NCBI GenBank assembly: GCA_963801605.1 | Contig: CAWDFP010000011.1 | Location: 32,001 to 96,000 of the forward strand | DNA length: 64,000 nucleotides | DNA from: an uncultured candidate division Zixibacteria bacterium | Lineage (GTDB): Bacteria > Zixibacteria > MSB-5A5 > UBA10806 | Direction: 5' to 3' | Shown here: positions 48,865 through 58,909 of the stretch, in pieces | Layout: each line of letters starts with the position of its first letter | Numbering within the stretch: position 1 is the stretch's first letter | Translations under genes and position numbers: made by a program | The notes under the pieces: model-generated | The model's database searches: none | Told to the model about the DNA's origin: nothing | The model's input: only the letters and a program-made list of their open reading frames with translations

Positions 48865-49627
48865 CTAATTCTTCAAATACTTAACAACCTCATCATATTC
48901 GGAACCGCCGGTGAGCTCGATAAATAACTCCTCCAATGTCGAGCCTTCTTTGGCGTTGCTTTTGAGCTCGGCTGTCGGTCCGCTGACCACAATCTTGCCT
49001 TTATTTATGATATAAAGATTGTTGCACATGCTTTCGGCGATTTCGAGAATATGAGTGGAAAAAAGGATGGCGCAACCGCCTCTCGACAATTCGAGCATGA
49101 TATCTTTAATCTTGCGCGTTGCCCGGGGATCGAGCCCTCCGGTAGGTTCGTCAAGAAGCAGCACCTCGGGACGATGCAGCACCGCGGCCGCCAGCGAAAC
49201 TTTCTGCTTGGTTCCGTGTGAGAGCGAAGAAATAAGTTTTTTACATTGATCGCCGAGATCGAACAACTCCACCAAATCGCGAAATCCTTTTTTTCGCCAG
49301 GCCTTTCTCAAGTCGGAATACCTCGGCGGTAAAATTGAAAAACTCGGTTGGAGTCAGTTTATCATAGAGATTCGGAATATCCGGCACATACCCGACCTGT
49401 GATTTAGCCCGGATGGGATCGCCCTCGAGATCGAATCCGGCGATATTGATCTTGCCGCTATCGGGCTTGAGCAGGCCGATCAGCATCTTAAGAGTGGTGG
49501 TTTTGCCGGCGCCGTTAGGGCCTAAAAAGCCAACGATCTCTCCGGCCTGTACTTTAAGGCTGACATCATCGACAGCCCTGAGTTTACCGTAGGTTTTTGA
49601 AAGATTTTCCGCCGATAGCTTAATCAT
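48865..49627 (-). CDS. ABC transporter ATP-binding protein; indel near the homopolymer at about 49290
   Basis: GPNGAGKTT in the 5' ORF; LSHGTKQK, LDEPTGGLDP, STH and LEELFIELT in the 3' ORF. Confidence 0.9.
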
Positions 49628-49974
49628 TCCTTATTTTCCTGATCGGGTTCGTCGGGTTTTGGTGTTTCGCTTTTTTCTTCTTTTTTATCCGGCCCCTTTT
49701 TTAACTCATCGAGATAATTTAACCTGAGTTCATAGAGCACGTGCTGCAAATATTTATCTTCGCTTTCGGTCAGGTTGCCTTTGGTCTTGGCCTCCAGCAT
49801 GCCCAGCATATCGATCGAATGCTTGGCCATCTCGATGTCGCGTTCTATTTTGCCGCTGATTACGCTGGGCACTTTTCCCAACTGCTGCCAGGCGGCCGCC
49901 TGAAATGAGAGCACAAGCTGGGTAAACATTAGCTCGTGGCTAAAATCTCCCGATGCCGATTTCTCATCATTCAT
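49624..49974 (-). CDS. DUF1844 domain protein
   Basis: FTQLVLSF..AA.QQLGK..AKHSIDMLGMLEAKTKGNLT..E...L...LYELRLNY. Confidence 0.85.
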   Translation of the reverse strand: MNDEKSASGDFSHELMFTQLVLSFQAAAWQQLGKVPSVISGKIERDIEMAKHSIDMLGMLEAKTKGNLTESEDKYLQHVLYELRLNYLDELKKGPDKKEEKSETPKPDEPDQENKE

Positions 49975-49978
49975 AATA

Positions 49979-50161
49979 TCAGCCTTTCTTTGCAAGTCTG
50001 ACTGCAATTGCCAGCTTATGCTGTAAATCCATGAGGTCGGCCTCGATTTGTTTGAGCAGCCTCTGCAAATCGAGATCGCCGGCGTCATCGATCATGCTGC
50101 GTACCTGATCAGCCACATTTTTGGCGCCATTTAAGGCGTCCTGAAGTTTTTCACTTTTCAT
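49979..50161 (-). CDS. Small helical hypothetical protein
   Basis: 60 aa amphipathic helical hairpin with RBS AAGGGG; tightly packed between recG and the DUF1844 gene. Confidence 0.6.
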   Translation of the reverse strand: MKSEKLQDALNGAKNVADQVRSMIDDAGDLDLQRLLKQIEADLMDLQHKLAIAVRLAKKG

Positions 50162-50187
50162 AATCCTATCCCCTTTATTCCCGAATA

Positions 50188-52314
50188 TTATCCTATTTTA
50201 GCAAATTTTAGCCGTCCACCCAACCTTTTTTTCAAAATGCTTTTAATTTCGATATTTCCCGGTTTGATAAGGGAGGGATCATCCTCCACCATCTCAAACG
50301 CCAGACGACGCGCCAACTCCACCAAACGGGTATCCGTTATACGTGCCACTCGCAAATCCGGAAGGCCATGCTGACGGGTACCCAGAACCTCGCCGGGGCC
50401 TCGGATTTCGAGGTCAGCCTCCGCAATTTTGAAACCATCGGTGCTCGATACGATAACCTCAATCCTCTTTTTGCCCTCGTCGCCGGTCCGTTCGCCGGAT
50501 AGAATAAAGCAGTATGATTGTACGCCCGAGCGGCCAACTCGTCCTCGAAGCTGATGAAGCTGCGATAGGCCAAATCGCTCGCCGTGTTCGATTACCATGA
50601 CATTGGCCGATTTAACGTCAAGCCCGACCTCAACGATTGTAGTGGATACCAGGATATCAATCTTTCGTTCCTTAAAATCGGTCATGACCGAAAGCTTTTC
50701 CTGACTGGTGAGCTTGCCATGCAACAGGCCGAGGCGCAATTTTGGAAATACCTTTTTTAACGATTCATAGCCTTGCGTCGCCGCCTTAAGATCGGATTTC
50801 TCGGTCTCCTCGATCAGAGGATAGACGATATAAATCGAACTGCCAACGCTGACTTTTTTGCGGATGAAATCGTACATCCAGCGGCGACGATCCTCCGGAA
50901 TATATTCGGTGGCAATTGGAATCCGTTCCGGCGGCATTTCGTCGATGACTGAGACATCGAGATCGCCGTAGACTGTCATGGCGAGAGTCCGCGGGATTGG
51001 AGTGGCGGTCATGACAAGAATATCAGGATTTTTCCCCTTAGTTTGGAGAAGCGCCCGCTGCATGACACCGAACCGATGCTGCTCGTCTATGACCACAAAG
51101 CCAAGTTTAGCAAAAGTGATCTTCTTTTCGATCAGAGCATGCGTTCCGATTACGACCGCATATTCGCCGGATGCAATTTTGGTCGTCGCTTCCTTGCGAG
51201 CTTGACCTTTTACCGAACTTGTCAGGAGTGTTACCTCAATGCCAAGCGGACGCAATAACTCCGATATAGAATAGTAATGCTGCTCGGCCAATATTTCCGT
51301 AGGCGCCATAATTGCAGCCTGGTAACCGGATTCAATAGCGCCCAACATAGCCAGTACTGCAACTATCGTTTTGCCGGAGCCAACATCGCCTTGAAGCAAA
51401 CGGTTCATCTGATAGGGAGCGGCCATATCGACATAAATTTGATTTAATACTTTTACTTGAGATTTGGTGAGTTTGAATCCCAGGCTATCGAGAAGTTTGC
51501 GGCCATTCTTTTTGGGTGGACCCAGCATTATCCCGTTGGTTTTCTGACGGCGCTTTTTGTGCCGTCCGGCCATGATAAGCTCGAGATAGAACAACTCCTC
51601 AAACGCCAGCCTCTGACGGCCGGATTCGGCCATCTCCATCGTATCCGGAAAATGCGCTTGCTGAATAGCGCGATCCAGGCCGGCCAGGCCGTATTGCTGA
51701 CGCCATTGTTCGGGAATTGTTTCGCAGGGATGCTCTGTCAGATGGTCTAAGGCAGGCTTTATTATTCGTCTGAGCGCTCGCGAGCTGAGGCCATTTTCAC
51801 GAAGGCCGGCATTTCCCGGATAGATCGGAATCAGCCGTCCGGTATGGATAGTCTCGTCCTCTGCCGAATCTACAACTTCAAACTCAGGATGCGGAATATA
51901 AAGCCGTCCATACATTCGCACGGTGCCGGAAGCGCAAACGATATCACCCTCGGCAAAAGCGTCAACGAGATAGCGATAACCGTTAAACCAGATCAACTCG
52001 ATATAGCCGGTGTTATCTTCTATAATGGCGATGAATCGTCTTTGACGGCCCTGTGCGATTCCGCTGGCCGATATCTTGCCCAACACTGTAACTGACATAC
52101 CCTCGGAGAGGGCGTTCATGGGGACGATCAGCGAGCGGTCTACATACTTTCGAGGGACATAATAGAAGAGGTCAAATACTGTGGAGATGCCGTTTTGCCG
52201 AAGAATATCTCCCTTTTTGGGGCCGACGCCTTTAAGATATTGGATATCGGAAAAAAGATAATCAAGGCCCGGCTTGGAGCCTCCCATGTTGCTTGCAGGG
52301 CTTTTGACTGACAT
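50188..52314 (-). CDS. recG: ATP-dependent DNA helicase RecG
   Basis: LKGVGPK, RLLQGDVGSGKT, APTEILAEQH, DEQHRFGV, MTATPIPRTL, QLHQLRGRVGR, DGFKIAEADLEIRGPG. Confidence 0.97.
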   Translation of the reverse strand: MSVKSPASNMGGSKPGLDYLFSDIQYLKGVGPKKGDILRQNGISTVFDLFYYVPRKYVDRSLIVPMNALSEGMSVTVLGKISASGIAQGRQRRFIAIIEDNTGYIELIWFNGYRYLVDAFAEGDIVCASGTVRMYGRLYIPHPEFEVVDSAEDETIHTGRLIPIYPGNAGLRENGLSSRALRRIIKPALDHLTEHPCETIPEQWRQQYGLAGLDRAIQQAHFPDTMEMAESGRQRLAFEELFYLELIMAGRHKKRRQKTNGIMLGPPKKNGRKLLDSLGFKLTKSQVKVLNQIYVDMAAPYQMNRLLQGDVGSGKTIVAVLAMLGAIESGYQAAIMAPTEILAEQHYYSISELLRPLGIEVTLLTSSVKGQARKEATTKIASGEYAVVIGTHALIEKKITFAKLGFVVIDEQHRFGVMQRALLQTKGKNPDILVMTATPIPRTLAMTVYGDLDVSVIDEMPPERIPIATEYIPEDRRRWMYDFIRKKVSVGSSIYIVYPLIEETEKSDLKAATQGYESLKKVFPKLRLGLLHGKLTSQEKLSVMTDFKERKIDILVSTTIVEVGLDVKSANVMVIEHGERFGLSQLHQLRGRVGRSGVQSYCFILSGERTGDEGKKRIEVIVSSTDGFKIAEADLEIRGPGEVLGTRQHGLPDLRVARITDTRLVELARRLAFEMVEDDPSLIKPGNIEIKSILKKRLGGRLKFAKIG

Positions 52315-52405
52315 AGACTTATAGTAGGATTATATACGCTTCGTGTCAAGTTGGATAGTGGTTGATATATAAAGCGAGCGGCCAACTTGCATCAAAATCC
52401 GTATC

Positions 52406-52431
52406 GTAGCTCAGTTCCGCTCGGACCTGAG
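52406..52431. repeat. GTAG-type REP hairpin
   Basis: GTAGCTCAGTTCCGCTCGGACCTGAG; same family as the elements at 12433 and 61094. Confidence 0.65.
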
Positions 52432-52540
52432 AGTTTGACGGGCTCAGCAAAAATTTGAAGCACTAAATTTCATTTAAAATCCTTGCCATCCCAATTTGAA
52501 TTCTTATATTACAAGTCTGATTTTGGAGGGCAAGAAGTTT

Positions 52541-52594
52541 TAGGTCGGGTTCCGAGTGACCCCGATCCTATCGGGAGAGAAGGAAACCCGGCAC
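52541..52594. repeat. Composite REP in the rpmB 5' region
   Basis: TAGGTCGGGTTCCGAG..GGAAACCCGGC with a nested CCCGATCCTATCGGG mini-palindrome. Confidence 0.55.
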
Positions 52595-52616
52595 ATTCTC
52601 ACGGCGGAGGACGAAG

Positions 52617-52802
52617 ATGTCACAGATTTGCGAAATATGCGGAAAAAAGCCAGGTATCGGTCATTCGGTCAGCAAGGCTCACAACCTAACCATGAGACGA
52701 TTCAATATCAATCTCAAATCGGTAAACGCCAGAGTTAACGGCAAGCCGAAGCGCGTGCGAGTTTGCACCAGTTGTCTCAAAGCCGGCAAGATCACCAAGT
52801 AA
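52617..52802 (+). CDS. rpmB: 50S ribosomal protein L28
   Basis: MSQICEICGKKPGIGHSVSKAHNLTMRRFNINL..RVCTSCLKAGK (zinc-binding C+ form); RBS GGAGG. Confidence 0.95.
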   Translation: MSQICEICGKKPGIGHSVSKAHNLTMRRFNINLKSVNARVNGKPKRVRVCTSCLKAGKITK

Positions 52803-52854
52803 CCCGCAATAATAAGCTATCGATATTTCAGAATTAGTCTGAGATATAAAGTAT

Positions 52855-52890
52855 GCCCCGACCGTAACCAGGTTGGGGTTTTTCTTTTTA
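52855..52890 (+). terminator. Intrinsic terminator
   Basis: GCCCCGACC..GGTTGGGGT followed by TTTTCTTTTT. Confidence 0.7.
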
Positions 52891-52977
52891 TATCCGGCGT
52901 TGATATACTTATAACATGCTTACCACTCCGATAAAATCGGGGCCGTGCCAAGCCTACCACCCCATCTACGCTCCCCT

Positions 52978-53085
52978 TGTGTCAATCCTGACACAGCGCT
53001 TCGCTTTTGACACAGCTTTAGCTCGTCATCTGTGCAGTTAACTCGTTATCCGTCAACGCTATAAATTTCTGGCACGGTATTTGAC
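52978..53085 (+). promoter_or_regulatory. Candidate sigma54 promoter with upstream activator site
   Basis: Palindrome TGTGTCA-ATCC-TGACACA (52978-52995), half-site TTGACACA (53007-53014), and TGGCAC-GGTAT-TTGA -24/-12 box (53070-53084). Confidence 0.55.
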
Positions 53086-53139
53086 CTATTGTTAGGCGAA
53101 ATATGAAAATACCCCAAAATTTTGATTAACGGAGGACTT

Positions 53140-54237
53140 ATGAAAAATTCAGGATCACTGGCAGCAATCATCGCGGTGGTGATGCTTGGCATACTAATAG
53201 TCATGGTAGGCAGCATCAAAAGAAAACCCGTGATTGTCGAAACCGAGGCAACCGCCAACGAATTCGCGCTTCCCGAAACGGCCGCATTCAACGATCAATC
53301 GCCTAACGCCGGTTACAGGCCGGAGGTCACCACCATGCTGGTCGATGGTCAGAGGCTTGTTGTCGGTACTGATAACGGCCTATTTCTTCTGCCGCTTTCG
53401 CACCGTAAACAAATTCCGCCTCAACAGCTTGTCCCCGAAAAGCGCGAGCTTGGTACCTGCCTCAAGAATCTTAATACCATTCTGCCAATCGGCAATGATC
53501 GTTTCGCGGGCGGCGACGGATTTTTCAAGTTCGACAGCGACTACACGGCCAATCTGGCGGCCTATTATCCCGGAGAGACTGTCAATGTCGTCATGGAATA
53601 TGGCGATGGGCTTTTGGTTGGCACCGATAAGGGTCTCTGGTTTCATTGCACTGATCCCTTGGATGAAGCCGGCTGCGTGGATGCATTGGTCAAATCCGGA
53701 ATCATCGTAACCGCTCTGGCGGGCGATCGCAGCGGTTTGTGGGTCGGCACTTATGGCGATGGCCTGCTCTTTTTCGACGGCCGTACCTGGCAGGAACGTT
53801 ACCTCCGTCGCGATACCTTCGCCCTGTCGTTTGTCAATGCTCTCGAATATTCCTATCCCAACCTCTGGGTTGGCACTGACGCCGGAATCTTCCGATTCAA
53901 TGGCGGCAAGTGGTCGCAGATGTTTGTCAATGATTCATCCGAAGTTTATTCCGTCAACACTATCCTGTGCACCTCGGCGGCAACTTATATCGGCGCCGAA
54001 AGCGGTTTGCTGCGATATGCCAATGACTGTCTCGAGAAGGTTGATGATTTCGAGGGAATGGAAGTAGTCAAGCTTTGCGCCAATTCAAAAGATGTTTTTG
54101 TGGCCACCAGAACAGATGGAATCTATACCTATAACGGAAAGGAGGAGCTCGTTTCGCCGGAACAGCTGACTTTTCAGGCAATACCTGAGAATACAAACAA
54201 AGAGGTCTTAGCCGGGACCGAAGAGTTCTACAAGTAA
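53140..54237 (+). CDS. Membrane-anchored beta-propeller protein (two-component regulator propeller-like repeats)
   Basis: N-terminal TM segment; repeated (L/W)VGT..GL motifs (LVVGTDNGL, LLVGTDKGL, LWVGTYGDGL, LWVGTDAGI); RBS GGAGG before ATG 53140. Confidence 0.7.
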   Translation: MKNSGSLAAIIAVVMLGILIVMVGSIKRKPVIVETEATANEFALPETAAFNDQSPNAGYRPEVTTMLVDGQRLVVGTDNGLFLLPLSHRKQIPPQQLVPEKRELGTCLKNLNTILPIGNDRFAGGDGFFKFDSDYTANLAAYYPGETVNVVMEYGDGLLVGTDKGLWFHCTDPLDEAGCVDALVKSGIIVTALAGDRSGLWVGTYGDGLLFFDGRTWQERYLRRDTFALSFVNALEYSYPNLWVGTDAGIFRFNGGKWSQMFVNDSSEVYSVNTILCTSAATYIGAESGLLRYANDCLEKVDDFEGMEVVKLCANSKDVFVATRTDGIYTYNGKEELVSPEQLTFQAIPENTNKEVLAGTEEFYK

Positions 54238-54304
54238 GTTGTGGCGCGGCCTGTGAGCAAAACGACTCTCATTCCGCGTATCGAAAAATATAGTGGCCAC
54301 ATGC

Positions 54305-54334
54305 AAGCCGCCCCGGATGAAAGGGGCGGCTTTT
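54305..54334 (+). terminator. Intrinsic terminator
   Basis: AAGCCGCCCC-ggatgaaa-GGGGCGGCTT-TT. Confidence 0.75.
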
Positions 54335-54433
54335 GATTTAATTGCTTGACTGTCCATGAATTTATGCGATATTTAAGTTACTGTTTTTTCCATTTAGTCC
54401 GGCGTGAGTGGCTCTTTTAACGAGGAGGCCTCT

Positions 54434-56577
54434 ATGAGGCGGATAAGGTTATCTGGTATAGCTGCAGTCGCCCTCACTCTTTCAATCAGCGCTGTTACCC
54501 GGGGAACAATTGACCACATAAGCTCGACCCTTGTTTCGGGGACTGTCGAAACAATCTCTTTCAACGGACATTTTATTTATGGCGCCGGCGGTAATTTCCT
54601 GAAGGTATTTGATATGACCAATCCCGATTCCCTGAATTTGGTTAGTTTTCAGAGGTTGGGGAATCCGCATATCTTTTTCCACAACGGTTATGCGTATGTT
54701 GCATTTGATTATGGTTATCCCGAATTATACAGCGTGAACGAAGATGGGAGCCTCACATTTAGCCAGAGCCTCGATTGGGATTGCCCACAGGATATTTTAT
54801 TCAGGGGCGATACTGCCTTTGTGGCATCCTGCTGGAGCGGCTTTTACATGTACGATATTTCCAGTCCGCTCAATCCGCTACCGATTGGGAATTATTATAC
54901 TTTTAATTCCGGTTTTTATGATATCGAAGTTATCGGGAATTATGCTCTCCTGACCAGGGGAGACAGCCTGGAAGTGTTCGATATATCTAATCCAGGAAAC
55001 ATCACTCAGGTTTCATCAGTTGCTGCCGGTGGCGTTATTCACCGGCTTGAAGTGGGAGGCAACAGAGCTTTTCTCTCATGGGACCATTGGTATCCCGATC
55101 AGCACCGGGAATATGGAATCGATATGGTTGACATTTCCGATCCAGCTCATCCAATTTCGAGGGGTACTCATTCCTCTGTGGTAATTTATGATTTTTGCGA
55201 AAACAATGGCTATATTTACGCCTGCGACCATGAAGGCATTAAAATTCTACAGCCCTCCAGTTATGAGCTTGTGCAAATCGGCATGTTTGGGGCTATCACT
55301 TATTATATTGCTGGAAACGGAGACCATATTTTTATCGGCAAATCATCACTGGGGGATCTAACTGTTTTGGACGCCACCGATCCGGATAGCCTGATAGCGG
55401 ATGATACTTATTCGGGGCAGGGCGCGGTGCGTGATGTCGCCATAAATGGAAATTACGCCTACGTTGCCAGCTACTCAACCGGCCTAAGCTACTTATTTGG
55501 AATGAATGTTGTAGATATCTCTAATCCGGCGTCGCCGAACGTTGTAGGGAATATTCCAATTCGGGCCAATCCCTTTCTAACCGTATCAGTTTCTTTTCCG
55601 TATGCTTACTATTGCTGGACCGGCGGTGGGGAAATAATAGATATAAGCGATCCAGCCGATCCCATTATAGTGGCAGATACCACTCTTCTCGCCGGTACCG
55701 AATGCGCAGTTATCGGGAATAACGATTACATCGCCTGCGGAAGCAGCTTTAAGATAGTCGATGTAAGCGATCACTCCAATCCTCGGTTAATAGGGGGATA
55801 TTCCAACCTGGGAGGCAGCAACCATATTTTCGTAGCGGGCCAATATGCCTATATTAATGGCGGGGTTAATCCCGAATCGGGTGTCAGGATATTTAATATC
55901 AACGATCCGGCAAATCCAACTTTGGTTGCAACAGTGGACACAACGGCCGGCGATATCTTTGTTAGTGGCGATTATTTATATTTTACCAGTTATAATCCCG
56001 CACTTTTTATTTTTAATATTTCCAATCCCGCCGATCCGCAACTGGTCAGCTCCTACAGTTCGGGCCGCGCGAATTTGGTCACGGTTGACGGAGACTACGC
56101 ATTCCTGGCGACGGGTTCTGGCATAGATGCGGTAAATATATCGGATCGTCAAAATCCCCGGAGCGCAGCAAATTATAATCTAACCGACATTCAGAATATT
56201 TCTGTGTCGGGTGATCTTATTTACGTGGCGGCGTTATACTCGCTCGAAATACTGCGTTTTAGCCCAACCGGCATAGAGGCAATCGGCAGAGTGCCACTGG
56301 AATATTCCCTTTCCCAGAATTATCCCAATCCCTTTAATACCAGCACGGAGATTGCGTTCGAGCTCGCCCTGCCTCGACATGTGAAATTGTCAATATTTGA
56401 CATCCTGGGCCGCAAGATCATTACCCTGGCTGATGAAAACCTGAGGGCAGGATGCCAGAGCAGGATATGGAACGGGACCGATCAGGCCGGTCGAGAGGTG
56501 TCGTCGGGTATATACTTCTACCGTCTTGAAACAGGCGAACAAGCCGCCATAAAAAAAAATTAATACTTCTAAAGTAG
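54434..56577 (+). CDS. LVIVD-repeat beta-propeller protein with T9SS-type C-terminal domain (poly-A indel near 56555)
   Basis: Signal peptide; repeated GNYAYV..L..(V/I)DISNP.NP; LSQNYPNPFN..SGIYFYRL; terminal KKLILLK* in a shifted frame. Confidence 0.85.
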
Positions 56578-56732
56578 AATCTATCTGGCTGCGGGTGTTG
56601 CCTGATTCGTTTGACAACATAATACTGTAATTCAGCCTTAACACCTCGGGTAATGCCTGGATTATTCATGAGTAACCTGGAATTAACCCGATTGATGAAT
56701 TACTGTGATGATTTATTTTGAAAGAGGTTGGC

Positions 56733-58829
56733 ATGAAACGTTTTCTATTTTTTCTGACAGCCATATTAATTTTAGCAGGCAATACGCTCGCCCAGAATGT
56801 TGATTATGTCGAATCAACATTATGGACTGGAGCGGTAGATGCCAAAATAGTTGGCAATTATGCCTTTTGTGCCCTGGAAAATGGCATGGTGATACTGAAC
56901 GTGAGCGATCCCAATACACCAAGCTTCGTAAGCAGCTATTATCTTTCAGGGGGAGCTTACGAGATAGATGTGGCGGGCAATTACGCATATATCGCCGACG
57001 GTTCTATAGGGCTTCAAATAATAAATATCTCCGATCCTCAAAATCCGTTTTTTGCCGGGGGTATCGGCTTTACGGGCTATGTTCAGTGCGTAGATGTGTC
57101 GGGCAATTATGCCTATATTGCCAATACTTATTACCTTCGGATTATAGATATTTCCAATCCGGCGCAACCGTTGCCTTTGGGGATTTATAATCTACCTCAA
57201 TGGGCGGAGGAAGTAATCGTGTCGGGGAATTACGCCTATATGCCATGTTATTCCTCCGGACTCTTAATTGCAGATATTAGCAATCCTGCCAACCCGACTG
57301 CGGCTGGAGAATTTGTCACGGTAGGAAATGCCTTAGCGGTTGATGTATCGGGTTCATACGCTTATCTGGCATGCAGCGATTTTGGAATTATTATTCTGGA
57401 TATCAGCGATCCAGCCAATCCTGAGTATATTGGCAACTATAGCACTCCCGACAGGGCAGACGATATAGCAGTGGCCGGCAATTATGCTTATGTCGCTAAT
57501 GTTTCTTCCCTGCAAATTATCGATGTCACTGATCCAGCATCGCCGGTGTTTGCCAGCAGCGTTGGATCGCAAGGCTATACTTTGGGAATATCAATTGCGG
57601 GTAATTATGCTTATGAGGTCGATAACTGGCTGGGGATTCATATCGTAGATATTACCAATCCAAATGATCCCTTGATGGCGGGAAGCTATTATACGAATGA
57701 TTGGCCGGTTGATATTTCCGTTTCTGGCGAGTATGCTTTTTTGGCAGATTACACATCAGGACTTCAAGTGATAAATATAGCGAATCCCTCCGACCCGATA
57801 CTGGTGACAGGCTATGATACACCCGGGATGGCCACCGGGATTTACATTTCCGGCAATTACGCTTATGTTGCCGATTATAATGACGGAATCCAGATAATTG
57901 ATATCACAATTCCGTCCGAACCAAATCTGGTAGCATCATGTTATACCCCTGGAAACGCCAATAAAGTCTACGTGAGCGGTGATTATGCTTATGTTGCGGA
58001 TATCTATAGTATTCGAATCATCGATGTAAGCGATCCGGCTAATCCGATCACTGTCGGGAGTTATTCCACACCTCATTGGGCTTACAGTGTCGCTGTTTTG
58101 GGAGATTATGCCTATGTGGCGGATGCTGATTCCGGTTTGCAAATCATCAATATCAGCGATCCGTCCAACCCGGTATTTGCCGGAGCCTATAACGACGCGG
58201 GCACAGCTTACGACGTTGCCGTTTCCGGAAATTATGTATATTTGGGGAATACCCAGGAGATCATGCTGATATTTAATGTCTCAAATCCGAGCGCTCCTGA
58301 ACTTGTAAGTTATTTTAGAGGGGCCGGAGCGGTGGTTGGTATCTCCATTTTCGGGAATTATGCCTATCTATCGGAATTCAATGCTGGCCTTCAAATAGTG
58401 AATATTTCAAATCCGATGAATCCATCGCTGGTTGGAGGTTATGATACGCCGGGCCGCGCCATGGAAACTTACGCCGTGGGGAATTATGCATACGTAGCAG
58501 ATGAATATTCACTAATGATTTTGCACCTAAATAGCGATGCGGTTGGAGAAGAATCAAAAATTCCGAAAGCCTTTTCTCTTTCACAAAATTACCCCAATCC
58601 GTTTAATGCGAGGACCATAATCAAATATTCTCTACAAACGGCGTCCGATGTCATTATCGATATTTTTGATATTGAAGGCAGAAAGTTAGAGACAATTCAG
58701 GTGGGATACCAGGAGGCCGGAGAACATCAGCTGGCTTGGAATGCGGGCGATAAGCCATCAGGAGTATATTTCTATCGCCTCAAAACGGGTAAGACCTCCC
58801 GAACTGAAAAGTGTATTTTGATAAAATAA
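56733..58829 (+). CDS. LVIVD-repeat protein with T9SS-type C-terminal domain
   Basis: Signal peptide; about 14 GNYAYVAD..GLQII.IS.P.NP repeats; LSQNYPNPFN..SGVYFYRL..KCILIK. Confidence 0.9.
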   Translation: MKRFLFFLTAILILAGNTLAQNVDYVESTLWTGAVDAKIVGNYAFCALENGMVILNVSDPNTPSFVSSYYLSGGAYEIDVAGNYAYIADGSIGLQIINISDPQNPFFAGGIGFTGYVQCVDVSGNYAYIANTYYLRIIDISNPAQPLPLGIYNLPQWAEEVIVSGNYAYMPCYSSGLLIADISNPANPTAAGEFVTVGNALAVDVSGSYAYLACSDFGIIILDISDPANPEYIGNYSTPDRADDIAVAGNYAYVANVSSLQIIDVTDPASPVFASSVGSQGYTLGISIAGNYAYEVDNWLGIHIVDITNPNDPLMAGSYYTNDWPVDISVSGEYAFLADYTSGLQVINIANPSDPILVTGYDTPGMATGIYISGNYAYVADYNDGIQIIDITIPSEPNLVASCYTPGNANKVYVSGDYAYVADIYSIRIIDVSDPANPITVGSYSTPHWAYSVAVLGDYAYVADADSGLQIINISDPSNPVFAGAYNDAGTAYDVAVSGNYVYLGNTQEIMLIFNVSNPSAPELVSYFRGAGAVVGISIFGNYAYLSEFNAGLQIVNISNPMNPSLVGGYDTPGRAMETYAVGNYAYVADEYSLMILHLNSDAVGEESKIPKAFSLSQNYPNPFNARTIIKYSLQTASDVIIDIFDIEGRKLETIQVGYQEAGEHQLAWNAGDKPSGVYFYRLKTGKTSRTEKCILIK

Positions 58830-58909
58830 TGTCACTTAATTTTAAAAGAATATGCCGGCTCGGAGATGCAACATTACTTAAAAATAATGCTCAATCATCA
58901 GAGGCTGAC

